This document shows, one piece after another, positions 9,224 through 18,682 of a stretch of 64,000 bases of DNA. Both the position numbers and the translations under genes were made by a program. Numbering within the stretch: position 1 is the stretch's first letter; each line of letters begins with the position of its first letter. This DNA comes from an uncultured Solirubrobacterales bacterium (GTDB lineage: Bacteria; Actinomycetota; Thermoleophilia; Solirubrobacterales; Solirubrobacteraceae), in assembly GCA_963722995.1 (NCBI GenBank), contig CAVROW010000011.1, positions 303,644 through 367,643 of the forward strand. The letters are read 5' to 3'. A model generated the notes under the pieces. It did no database searches and had not been told where the DNA came from. It saw only the letters and a list, made by a program, of their open reading frames with translations.

Positions 9224-10804
9224 CAGAGCGACGCGAGGACTTCGGTCGCCGCCCGCTCCCCGGAGCGCACGGCTCCGTCCATGTACCCGTTCCAGTAGTC
9301 GGAGGTCTCGGTCCCCGCCCAATGGATCCTTCCCACCGCCGTGCGCAGGCGCGGGCCCATAGGCGGTCAGCGTCCCGAGCGTCGGGATGCCCACCGGGCA
9401 GCCGCGCGTCCACACTTCATTCGACCAGATCGTGTCGAAGTAGCCGTTGGCCTTGCGCGCCGCCGCGCCCAGTGCCGCGGACTGCGAGCTGAACCAGTCC
9501 TCGATCTGGTTCAGCACGGCTGACTGGCGCCCCGCCGGCGACATCGCGTTGAGCGTGCGGGCGTTGTCGCCCCCGACGAACCCGAACAGCACGCCCGGCG
9601 AGCCGTCCGGCGGCGAGTCGTCGAAGCTGGCGCTGATCGGGCCGCCCGTGTCGAGGATCTGGCCGGTCAGGCCCGCGTCGCGCCAGAACGGCGTCGGGAA
9701 CGTGGCCGCCACCTTGGTCAGCGTCCCCTGGGGGTAGCGCTGGGTGAGCTGGTCGCGCGCCGCCGGCAGCCCCGGCTCGTAGTGGATCCGCCCGGCCAGC
9801 ACCGGGGGGATGGCGACGATCGCGCGCTTGGCCACGACCGTGTGGTGCGGCGAGTGGAGCGTGACGCTGCTCTTGCCTTGGACGATCTGGCTGACCGGCG
9901 AGTTCAGCAGCACGCGCTTCGGTCCGAGGTGCTCGGCGACCTGGATCGCGATCTCCTGCGAGCCGCCGATGAAACGGAACTGCTGGGCGCCGCCCCGGGT
10001 GTCGAAGTTGCGCTCGAACGTCCCCGGGTTCTGCGGGTTGCCCGAGGAGGCGATGTAGAAGAGCACGAACAGCAGCGAGAGCTCGCGCGGCTCGGCACCG
10101 AAGATGGGTCGCGTGGCGACCGGGACGAGCGCCTTGAAGCGCGGATTCGAGCTCTGGCTGTCGATCCAGGACTGGAGCGTCTGGTTGTCCCACGATCCGG
10201 CCTGCTTCGCGCTCCAAGGAGACTCGACGGACACTGACTTGGACATGTTGTCGAGGTTCGTGACGACATTGTTGAGGTCGACCAGGATCGTCGGATCCGG
10301 CGGCGCGGTCCCGGTCGGCCCGCTGTCGCTGTAGGTCATCGGCTTGATCAGCCCGCCCGGGTTGTCGACGTTGTTGATGTACAGGTCGTCGCCGTCGTCG
10401 TAGGTGGGGAAGGTCCCCACCTTCATCTTGTCCGCCAGTGCCATCAGGCGGTCCTGGGTTGGTCCGACGAAGGTCGCGCCCCGTTCGGAGACCTTCCCCC
10501 CACCCAGGTCGTGGTTCCACGCGCGGCCACCCACCCGGTTGCGCGCCTCGAGCAGCCGGACCGAGTGGCCCCTACCCGCCACGTTGAAGGCCGCGGTGAG
10601 CCCGGCGAAGCCGCCGCCCACCACCGCCACGTCGACCTTGTGCACCTGGTGCTTGCGCCGCTTCTTGTGGTGCTTGGCCTTGTGCTTCTTCTTGGCCGCC
10701 TCGGCCGATGCCGGCAGCGCCAGCGCCGCGCCCGCGGTGAGCGCGCCCCCGACGAAGCGCCGGCGGGTCGTCTTGGTCTGGTCCTGGCTCTGCTCGTCGT
10801 TCAT
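9223..10804 (-). CDS. Tat-exported flavin monoamine-oxidase-family protein (paralog 1); indel near 9350
   Basis: TTRRRFVGG Tat motif and AEA cleavage site; GGGFAGL; EARNRVGGR; C-terminal [10 protein letters not shown] in a shifted frame; TGATG overlap with paralog 2. Confidence 0.9.
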
Positions 10805-10825
10805 GGTGGCGGGCGCCTCCGTTGC

Positions 10826-11764
10826 CTATGTGCCTCGTGTGGGTGCGGCGGACGCGAGCTCCTCGGCCGCCGCCAGATCGAAATCGCCGTGGTCCGAGCC
10901 GAGTCCCTGCGCCACCAGCGCGGCCACCGCGCAACCTAGCGCGGCCGCGTCCCGGGGGCTGCGCTCGAGCGCAAGCCCGCGCAGGAACCCGGCCGAGAAG
11001 GCGTCGCCGCAGCCGGTCGTGTCGACCACGTCGACGGCATGCGCGGGCACGGCGTGGGTGCCCTCAGCGTCGACCACGAGCGCGCCCTCGGCCCCGCGCG
11101 TCGCGGCGACGCAGCCGATGCCGCGCCCGAGCAGCGCCCGGCAGCCGGTTTCGAGCTCCTGCTCGCCGGAGAGCGAGAGCACCTGCTCGTCGTTGGGCAG
11201 CAGGTAGTCGAGGTGCTCGAAGGCAGGTGCGATCCAGTCGAGGATCGCCGCCGCCTGCTCGGCCGGGGCCAGGATGTCGGCCGAGGTGACGGTTCCGTGC
11301 TCGCGGGCGAAGGAGAGGATCTTCGCCGCCTCCTCGCCGCCCATGAACTCGGGGGCGCCCAGGTGCAGGTAGTCGGCCTGCTCGAGCGCCTCCCATGGCG
11401 CGTCGGCCGAAGAGTAGGTGGCGTTTGCCCCGACGACGTGAAACGCGGGTCGCGACCCGTCGGGCCGGATCGGAAGGACGCTCGCCGAGGTCTGCACGTC
11501 ATCGCGCCGGAGCAGCAGCGACGGGTCGACGCCGAAGCGCCCGAGGAGCTCGATCATCACATCGCCGAGCTCGTCGGAGCCGATCGCACCGGCGCTGCGG
11601 ACCGCGGCGCCGAGCTTGGCCAGCGTCACTGCGGTGCCGCCGGCAGGGCCGGCCGGCGTGATCCGGATCTGCTCGACGAGCTGACCGCCCTGGCCCTTGG
11701 GGATCTCCTCCACGGGCCGCACGAGGACATCGACGACGTGCACGCCGAGCGTGACGATGTTCAT
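10826..11764 (-). CDS. PfkB-family carbohydrate kinase
   Basis: AGPAGGTA...LAKLG and DTTGCGDAFSAG PfkB signature; ATGA overlap with the aldolase. Confidence 0.92.
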   Translation of the reverse strand: MNIVTLGVHVVDVLVRPVEEIPKGQGGQLVEQIRITPAGPAGGTAVTLAKLGAAVRSAGAIGSDELGDVMIELLGRFGVDPSLLLRRDDVQTSASVLPIRPDGSRPAFHVVGANATYSSADAPWEALEQADYLHLGAPEFMGGEEAAKILSFAREHGTVTSADILAPAEQAAAILDWIAPAFEHLDYLLPNDEQVLSLSGEQELETGCRALLGRGIGCVAATRGAEGALVVDAEGTHAVPAHAVDVVDTTGCGDAFSAGFLRGLALERSPRDAAALGCAVAALVAQGLGSDHGDFDLAAAEELASAAPTRGT

Positions 11765-12426
11765 CGCGGCCTGGCCTGGGTGATGCCGTACCCGCGCCGG
11801 CTCACGGTCTCGACGAACTCCTGCTGCTGGCGGACGTCGAGCCCGCGGGGAACGCCGATCGCCGACGCACGCCAGTAGAGGGTGCATCCCCACTCGAGCA
11901 GGCTCGACTGCGCCACCGCGGCGTCGAGGTTCGGGCCGTAGGCGATCGCCCCGTGGTTGGCCATGAGCGCGGCCGAGCGGCCCTCGAGCGCGGCCACCGT
12001 CCGCTCGGCCAGCTCGACCGTCCCGAACGTCGCGTACGGCGCGATCCTGACCGGGCCTCCGAGCGCGAGCAGCTGGTAGTGCACGACCGGAAGCTCGTCC
12101 TCGAGCACGCAGGCGACCGCGGTGGCGAACGGCGCGTGCGTGTGCACGACCGCCCCCGCCTCGTAGTGGCGATAGATGCCGAGATGGAGCGCCAGCTCGG
12201 AGGTGGGAACGAGATCGCCCTCGACCGGATCTCCGTCGAGATCGACGAGCACGACCTGCTCGGGGGTCAGCGTCGCGAAGTCGCCCCCGGTCGCGGTCAC
12301 CGCGACGAGCTCGTCGAGGCGCTCGGAGATGTTGCCCGCCGTACCGTGAACCAGGCCCTCGGCGGCGAGCCGACGCGCCGCGGACGCTATCCGCCGGCGC
12401 GCCTCGTCAACCGGTGTGCCTGCCAC
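11761..12426 (-). CDS. Class II aldolase/adducin family (L-fuculose-1-phosphate aldolase-like)
   Basis: GTAGNIS; PTSELALH; VHTH; NHG zinc ligands. Confidence 0.9.
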   Translation of the reverse strand: MAGTPVDEARRRIASAARRLAAEGLVHGTAGNISERLDELVAVTATGGDFATLTPEQVVLVDLDGDPVEGDLVPTSELALHLGIYRHYEAGAVVHTHAPFATAVACVLEDELPVVHYQLLALGGPVRIAPYATFGTVELAERTVAALEGRSAALMANHGAIAYGPNLDAAVAQSSLLEWGCTLYWRASAIGVPRGLDVRQQQEFVETVSRRGYGITQARPR

Positions 12427-12438
12427 CGGCGCGATGCT

Positions 12439-12460
12439 AACGTGAGGAATCGTTCACTTT
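12439..12460. promoter_or_regulatory. Putative TetR operator between the divergent aldolase and tetR genes
   Basis: Imperfect palindrome AACGTGA-N8-TCACTTT abutting the minus-strand -10 TAGCAT (12434-12439). Confidence 0.55.
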
Positions 12461-12477
12461 CAAGAGGGAACCGATCG

Positions 12478-13116
12478 GTGACAGGCAAACACCGCAGGCC
12501 GGACGACAAGCTCCGGAACGCTCCCACGCAGGCGCGCAGCCGCGAGCGCCTGCGCCGCGTGCTCGACGCCGCCGACGAGGTTCTGGCGGCGGGCGGCGCC
12601 GAGGCGTTCACGACCACTCGGGTCGCCGAGACGGCCGGCGTGCCGATCGGGTCGGTGTACCGGTTCTTCCCGGACAAGGAGGCGATCGTCGAGGCGCTCG
12701 CCGTTCGCTACTGGAGCGACTTCGAGGACCTCGTGGCCGGCGCCGCCGAAGCCGACGAGCTCGAGTCGCTGCCCGATGCCGGCGCGTTCGTGATCGACAC
12801 GCTGGCGGCCGGTTTCCGGGCGCGGCCCGGCTTCATCGCCCTCTGGTACGGCGGGCTGCGCACCGAGGCGGTGCGCGACGCCACCCGGCCGACGCGCGAG
12901 GCGATCGCCGCGTCGATCGAGCGGATCCTGGCCCGGCACTGGCCCGATCGCTCCTCGGAGCGGCGCGCCCTGGCGGCCCGCATGGTCGTGCTCGCCGGCG
13001 ACGGCCTGCTGCGCGAGGCCTTCCGGCTCGACCACCGGGGCGACCGCGCGCTGCTCGAGGAGAGCAAGCTGATGCTCCGCTCCTATCTGCTGGCGCGGCT
13101 CGGTGAGCCGCGATGA
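12478..13116 (+). CDS. TetR/AcrR-family regulator
   Basis: PTQARSRER...TTTRVAETAGVPIGSVYRFFPDKEAI HTH. Confidence 0.92.
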   Translation: MTGKHRRPDDKLRNAPTQARSRERLRRVLDAADEVLAAGGAEAFTTTRVAETAGVPIGSVYRFFPDKEAIVEALAVRYWSDFEDLVAGAAEADELESLPDAGAFVIDTLAAGFRARPGFIALWYGGLRTEAVRDATRPTREAIAASIERILARHWPDRSSERRALAARMVVLAGDGLLREAFRLDHRGDRALLEESKLMLRSYLLARLGEPR

Positions 13117-14321
13117 AGGCGCGGAGCGCGCTGCGCGCGGTCGCCCTGGCTTGCGCGATCGCGCTGGCGGCACCCGCGAGCCTCGCGCTCGCGGCGGCTC
13201 GCGGCGAGGTCTCCGTGCTCACGCTCGTCCCCAGCCCCTACTTCCCCGCGCTCCCGCACGTGATGGGCGCCAACGTCTACGAGGGCACCTACGACAACCC
13301 CGCGGGCGACGATCTGCCCTCGAAGGTGTTCGAGTTCAGCCCGGCGGGCGCGCTGCTGCGCTCGTGGACGGTGCAGGGCCAGAACCTCTCGCAGCCCCAC
13401 GGCGTGCAGGTGGCGGCCAACGACGCCGCGGGTCGCCTGCTGCTGCTCGACAAGACGAGCGGGCGGATCCTCCGCCTCGACCCGCGCACCGGCAGCCAGA
13501 CGCTGTACTCCCAGGTTCCCGACCTCCCCGTTTGCGGCCCGACCCAGGGCCAGCCGTGCTCGCCGGCCCTCCTCAACCTGGCGCCAATGCCCGACTACGC
13601 CGCCTGGGGCCCGGACGGGAGCCTCTACGTCACCGACTACCAGCAGGCGGTGATCTGGCGCATCCCGCCCGGCGGCGGCCCCGCCCGGGTGTGGCTCGCC
13701 GACCGGCGGCTCGACGGTGGGCCGTTCGGCACCGCCTGCATCACGATGCTGCCCGACCACCGCACGTTGCTGTTCGATCAGGCCTCCAACGGCGGCCTCG
13801 GCACCCCGAACCCGACCACGGGCAAGCTGTACACGGTGGCGATCGATTCCGACGGCGGGCCCGGCCCCCTGCACCAGCTGTGGGAGAGCGGGCCGGCCGA
13901 CGCGCCCGACGGGTGCGCGCTCGCGCGCTCGGGCGACATCTACCTCGCGCTGGTCGGCGCCTCGAACCAGATCGTCGAGCTCTCGCCCTCGGGCGTGGAG
14001 CTCGCGCGCTTCGGTCAGCAGTACACCGGCGCCAACAACTCCGCCGTCCCGTTCGACTCCCCCTCGGGGGTCGCGTTCCTGGGTACCGAGCTGATCGTCG
14101 CCAACCAGTCCTACTTCGCCGACAATCACGCCAACCAGGCGCTGCTGGCGCTCGAGACCGGCGAGCCGGGGCAGCCCGTGTATGTGCCGGCGGACGCCGG
14201 CGTGAAGCCGGTGCCGGCGACGCACAAGCGCGGCACGGGCAAGAAGAAGAAGTCCAAGCCCAAGCGCCGCCGACGCGCGCGGCGGCCGGCGCGGCGCACG
14301 GCGCCGGCGTTCACCGGCTGA
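13113..14321 (+). CDS. Secreted SMP-30/gluconolactonase-like beta-propeller protein with a basic C-terminal tail
   Basis: Sec signal; repeated blades (PHGV, PDYAAWGPDGSLYVTD, PDGCA, PSGVAF); ends KKKKSKPKRRRRARRPARRTAPAFTG. Confidence 0.75.
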   Translation: MKARSALRAVALACAIALAAPASLALAAARGEVSVLTLVPSPYFPALPHVMGANVYEGTYDNPAGDDLPSKVFEFSPAGALLRSWTVQGQNLSQPHGVQVAANDAAGRLLLLDKTSGRILRLDPRTGSQTLYSQVPDLPVCGPTQGQPCSPALLNLAPMPDYAAWGPDGSLYVTDYQQAVIWRIPPGGGPARVWLADRRLDGGPFGTACITMLPDHRTLLFDQASNGGLGTPNPTTGKLYTVAIDSDGGPGPLHQLWESGPADAPDGCALARSGDIYLALVGASNQIVELSPSGVELARFGQQYTGANNSAVPFDSPSGVAFLGTELIVANQSYFADNHANQALLALETGEPGQPVYVPADAGVKPVPATHKRGTGKKKKSKPKRRRRARRPARRTAPAFTG

Positions 14322-14352
14322 GCCGAGACCCCTACTACACTAAATGAAGTAG

Positions 14353-16116
14353 ATGGGGACGTTCGCACGCCTAATCAGATTCCTGCGCCCGTACCGGAGG
14401 GCGGTGATCTGGTCATTCCTGCTCGCGTTCGGCGCGATGGTGATGACCGTGCTGATCCCGTATCTCACCGGCCGCGCGATCGACACCGTCCGCCTCCACG
14501 ACCGCCACGCCCTGGTGGACTGGGCGATCGCGATCGGCGTGGCCGGTGTCGCCCGGCTCGGGTTGAGCGCGACGCGGCGCCTGGTGGCCGGGCGCGTCTC
14601 CCTGGGCGTCGAGCGCGACCTGCGCAACCTGCTCTACGAGCAGCTCCAGCGGCTCGAGCTCGGCTTCTTCGACCGCCAGCAGACCGGCCAGCTGATGTCC
14701 CGCGCCACCGTCGATCTGCAGTCGGTCCGCTTCTTCCTGGGCTATGGGCTGATCTTCATCGCACAGTCGCTGCTCACGATCGGCCTGGCCGCGGTCGCGA
14801 TGTTCAGCCTCCGGCCGGAGCTGGCGGCGCTGTCGCTGGCACCGGTGCCGTTCGTCGTCCTGATCGCGTGGAGCTATGGCCGGCGCTCGCGACCGGCGCT
14901 CCAGGAGGCCCAGCAGCGGATCGCCGAGCTCACCGCCGAATCCGAGGAGAACGTCTCCGGCATTCGGGTGGTCAAGGCGTTCGCGCAGGAGCAGCGCCAG
15001 CTCGAGCGCTTCCAGCACTCGGTCCAGCGCGTGTTCGACCAGCAGCTCTACGCCACGCGGATCCAGGCCCGCTACACGCCGCTGATCAGCTTCCTGCCCA
15101 ACCTCGGGCTGGCTCTGATCCTCCTCATCGGCGGACGCGAGGTGATCCACCGAAGCCTCACGATCGGCCAGTTCACCGCCTTCTACGCCTACCTGCTGAT
15201 GCTGATCTCGCCCATGCGGACGCTCGGCTACATGCTGAGCGCGGCGCAGCGCGCCACCGCCTCGGGCGCGCGGATCTTCCAGATCCTCGACCGGGCGCCG
15301 CGGATCGAGGCGCCGGCGGGGGCGCCGGCGCTCCCGGAGGGGGCCGGCCGGGTGTCTCTGCGGGGCGTTGGCCTGACCTTCGAAGGGTCCCCTCGGCCGG
15401 CGCTCAGCGGCATCGACCTCGAGATCGGCGCCGGACGCACGGTGGCGCTCGTGGGGGCGATGGGCTCGGGCAAGACGGCGCTCGTGTCGCTGCTCTCGCG
15501 CCTGTACGAGGTGAGCGCCGGGTCGGTGTCGATCGACGGCGCCGATGTCCGCACGGTCGACGTCGGCAGCCTCCGACACGCGATCGCGCTGGTGACCGAC
15601 GACCCGTTCCTGTTCTCCGCCACGGTGCACGACAACATCGCCTACGGCCGTCCGGAGGCGACGCGGGAGGAAGTCGAGCGGGCGGCGCGGCTGGCTCAGG
15701 CGGACGAGTTCATCCGGGAGCTGCCGAAGGGCTATGACACGTTGGTCGGCGAACGCGGGCTGACCTTGTCCGGCGGCCAGCGCCAGCGGATCGCGATCGC
15801 CCGCGCGATCGCCGCTGATCCGCGGATCCTGATCCTCGACGACGCCACTTCCTCGGTCGACGCCTCCACCGAACAGGAGATCAAGCTCGCCCTGCGCGAG
15901 GTGATGGCCGGCCGGACGACGATCGTGATCGCCCACCGGCTCTCGACGATCGCGCTGGCGGACGAGATCGTCGTGCTCGAGGACGGCCGGATCGCCGCGC
16001 ACGGAAGCCATGAGCAGCTGCTCGACACCTCACCCCTCTACCGCGAGATCGTCGAGAAGGGCATGCCCGACCAGGTGTTCATGACGCGCAAGGCGATCGG
16101 GGCGGTGGGCTTGTGA
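14353..16116 (+). CDS. Heterodimeric ABC exporter, TMD-NBD subunit A
   Basis: Six-TM domain; GAMGSGKT; LSGGQRQR; ILDD (degenerate Walker B). Confidence 0.93.
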   Translation: MGTFARLIRFLRPYRRAVIWSFLLAFGAMVMTVLIPYLTGRAIDTVRLHDRHALVDWAIAIGVAGVARLGLSATRRLVAGRVSLGVERDLRNLLYEQLQRLELGFFDRQQTGQLMSRATVDLQSVRFFLGYGLIFIAQSLLTIGLAAVAMFSLRPELAALSLAPVPFVVLIAWSYGRRSRPALQEAQQRIAELTAESEENVSGIRVVKAFAQEQRQLERFQHSVQRVFDQQLYATRIQARYTPLISFLPNLGLALILLIGGREVIHRSLTIGQFTAFYAYLLMLISPMRTLGYMLSAAQRATASGARIFQILDRAPRIEAPAGAPALPEGAGRVSLRGVGLTFEGSPRPALSGIDLEIGAGRTVALVGAMGSGKTALVSLLSRLYEVSAGSVSIDGADVRTVDVGSLRHAIALVTDDPFLFSATVHDNIAYGRPEATREEVERAARLAQADEFIRELPKGYDTLVGERGLTLSGGQRQRIAIARAIAADPRILILDDATSSVDASTEQEIKLALREVMAGRTTIVIAHRLSTIALADEIVVLEDGRIAAHGSHEQLLDTSPLYREIVEKGMPDQVFMTRKAIGAVGL

Positions 16117-17885
16117 GACGCGAGCGCCGCACGCTGGGCCGCGCGCGCAAGCTGCGCGGACTGCTCGAGCTGCTCTCGCCCTACCGGTGGCGCGTGGCGG
16201 CGATGCTGGTAGCGCTCATCAGCGCGACCGCCGCCGCGCTGGCGCCGGCGCCACTCGCCAAGCTCGCCATCGACGACGGGATCAGCCGCCACGACACCGG
16301 CGCGCTCGACCTGATCGTCGGCGTGTTCCTGCTGTCCGCCGTGGTCTACGCGGTGGCGTCCTACGCCCAGACCTACCTGGTGGGCTGGGTCGGCCAGCGC
16401 ACGCTCCAGGATCTCCGCATACAGCTGTTCACCCATCTTCAGCGCCTGTCGATCGGCTTCTACTCGCGCAACCGCGCCGGCGTGATCATCTCGCGCATCA
16501 CCAACGACGTCGAGGCGCTCGACCAGCTCGTCGAGGACGGCATGGCGACGCTGTTCCAGTCGGGGCTGACCCTGGTCGGCGTGGTCGTGATCCTGGTCGT
16601 CCTGGACGCCCACCTGGCGCTGCTGACGTTCCTCGCCCTGCCGCTGCTGTTCGTCGGCGGCCTGGCCTTCCGCATCGCCTCGGCCGGCGCCTACCGGGCC
16701 ACGCGCGAGAAGATCGCCACCATCACGGGCTACCTCCAGGAGACGCTGTCCGGGATCCGCGTCGTGCGTGCCTTCGGCCAGGAGCGCCGTCACATCGAGC
16801 ACTTCCGGGAGCTCAACGAGGAGAACCGGGCCGTGAACATGACGACGGTCAACCTGAACGCCGCCTACTTCCCCGCCGTCGAGTTCCTCTCGGCGCTGGT
16901 CACGGTCGAGATCCTCGTGGTCGGCGGGATCGAGGCGATCAGCGGACACGCCTCGACCGGTGTCGTATTCGCCTTCATCGCCGCGCTGAACAACTTCTTC
17001 GACCCGATCCAGCAGCTCTCGCAGCTCTACACCACCTATCAGTCCGGAATGGCGGCGCTCGACAAGATCTTCGAGCTGCTCGACGAGGCGCCCGAGCTCG
17101 TGGACGCGCCGGGCGCGGTCGAGCTGCCACGCGTCCGGGGCGAGCTGCGCTTCGACGGAGTCTCGTTCCAGTACGGCACCGGCGAGGACACGGCGTGGGC
17201 GCTGCGCGACGTCGACATCGTGATCCCGCCCGGCCAGACGGTGGCGCTGGTCGGCGCCACGGGCGCCGGCAAGTCGACCTTCGCCAAGCTCGTCGCCCGG
17301 TTCTACGACCCGACCGACGGCGCGGTGCTCGTCGACGGCCACGACGTGCGAGACGTCACCGCGCACTCGCTGCGCTCGCAGATGGGGATCGTGCCCCAGG
17401 AGGCCTTCCTGTTCAGCGGCACCGTGCGCGAGAACATCGGCTTCGGCCGTCCCGGCGCCACCGACGAGGAGGTCGCTGCGGCGGCGCGGGCCGTCGGCGC
17501 AGCGAGCTTCATCGGCCAGCTCGAGCACGGCTACGACACCGAGGTGGGCGAGCGCGGCGTGCAGCTGTCGGCCGGCCAGCGCCAGCTGATCGCGTTCGCG
17601 CGCGCGCTCGTGGCCGATCCTCGGCTGCTCGTGCTCGACGAGGCGACATCGAACGTCGACGTTCACACCGAGAGCCTGATCGAGCAGGGATTGCGCCGGC
17701 TCGTGGCCGGTCGCACGGCGATCGTGATCGCCCACCGGCTCTCGACGATCCGTCACGCCGGCCGGATCGTGGTGCTCGAACACGGCCAGATCGTCGAGCA
17801 GGGAACGCACGACGAGCTGCTCGAGGCCCAGGGCCGCTACTGGCGCCTCTACCGCGACTGGGCCGAGCAGGCCAGCGCGGCGTAG
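16113..17885 (+). CDS. Heterodimeric ABC exporter, TMD-NBD subunit B
   Basis: GATGAGKST; LSAGQRQ (degenerate signature); LDEAT. Confidence 0.93.
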   Translation: MRRERRTLGRARKLRGLLELLSPYRWRVAAMLVALISATAAALAPAPLAKLAIDDGISRHDTGALDLIVGVFLLSAVVYAVASYAQTYLVGWVGQRTLQDLRIQLFTHLQRLSIGFYSRNRAGVIISRITNDVEALDQLVEDGMATLFQSGLTLVGVVVILVVLDAHLALLTFLALPLLFVGGLAFRIASAGAYRATREKIATITGYLQETLSGIRVVRAFGQERRHIEHFRELNEENRAVNMTTVNLNAAYFPAVEFLSALVTVEILVVGGIEAISGHASTGVVFAFIAALNNFFDPIQQLSQLYTTYQSGMAALDKIFELLDEAPELVDAPGAVELPRVRGELRFDGVSFQYGTGEDTAWALRDVDIVIPPGQTVALVGATGAGKSTFAKLVARFYDPTDGAVLVDGHDVRDVTAHSLRSQMGIVPQEAFLFSGTVRENIGFGRPGATDEEVAAAARAVGAASFIGQLEHGYDTEVGERGVQLSAGQRQLIAFARALVADPRLLVLDEATSNVDVHTESLIEQGLRRLVAGRTAIVIAHRLSTIRHAGRIVVLEHGQIVEQGTHDELLEAQGRYWRLYRDWAEQASAA

Positions 17886-17892
17886 GCCACCC

Positions 17893-18672
17893 GTGGCCGC
17901 CATCACCGTCCGACGGCTGTCGATCGCCCCGGTCAAGGGGACGCGGCTGCGCTTGGTCGAGCGAGTGTCGCTCGAGCGCCACGGCGTGCGGGAGAACCGG
18001 CGCTTCTACGTCGTCGACGCGCGCGCGCGAATGGTCAACGCCAAGGTCCTCGGTGAGCTCCAGACGGTGCTCGCGGATTACTCGGATCCCGACCGGCGGC
18101 TGACGCTGACGTTCCCGAGCGGTCGGGAGGTGAGCGGGACGGTCGAGCTCGGCGAGCGGATCCAGACGCGGTTCTTCTCGCGCCAGATCGAGGCGCGGGC
18201 GCTTGAGGGAGAGTGGTCGGCGGCGCTCAGCGAGCACGTCGGCCGGCCGCTGCGAGTCGTCGAGCCGGTCGACGGCAGCGCTGTCGACCGGGGCGCGCAG
18301 GCAGCGGCATCGCTGATCTCGCGGGCGTCGCTCGACCGCCTGGCCGCCGAGGCGGGCGAGGACGAGCTCGACGCGCGCCGGTTTCGCATGCTGATCGAGG
18401 TCGACGACGTGGACGCGCACGCCGAGGACGCCTGGGTCGGGCGCCGGATGCGCGTCGGCGGCGCGCTGATCGCCTGGCGCGGGCACGTCGGCCGTTGCCT
18501 GATCACCAGCCGCGATCCCGACAGCGGCGAGATCGACCTGCCTACCCTCGACATCCTGGGCGGATATCGCGGCGGCGTCGAGGCCACCGAGCCGCTCCCG
18601 TTCGGGATCTACGGGCGCGTGCTCGAGCCTGGTGAGGTGGCGCTCGGAGACCAGGCCGTGCTCGAGGGATAG
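17893..18672 (+). CDS. MOSC-domain protein
   Basis: IAPVKG N-terminal barrel; RRFRMLI; RCLIT conserved Cys; FGIYG. Confidence 0.85.
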   Translation: MAAITVRRLSIAPVKGTRLRLVERVSLERHGVRENRRFYVVDARARMVNAKVLGELQTVLADYSDPDRRLTLTFPSGREVSGTVELGERIQTRFFSRQIEARALEGEWSAALSEHVGRPLRVVEPVDGSAVDRGAQAAASLISRASLDRLAAEAGEDELDARRFRMLIEVDDVDAHAEDAWVGRRMRVGGALIAWRGHVGRCLITSRDPDSGEIDLPTLDILGGYRGGVEATEPLPFGIYGRVLEPGEVALGDQAVLEG

Positions 18673-18682
18673 CCTTCCGGCA

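Noticed and set aside
8210-10804. 864-aa double amine-oxidase fusion
   Set aside because: An indel near 9350 bypasses the TGA at 9223-9225; the second gene has its own ATG and Tat signal
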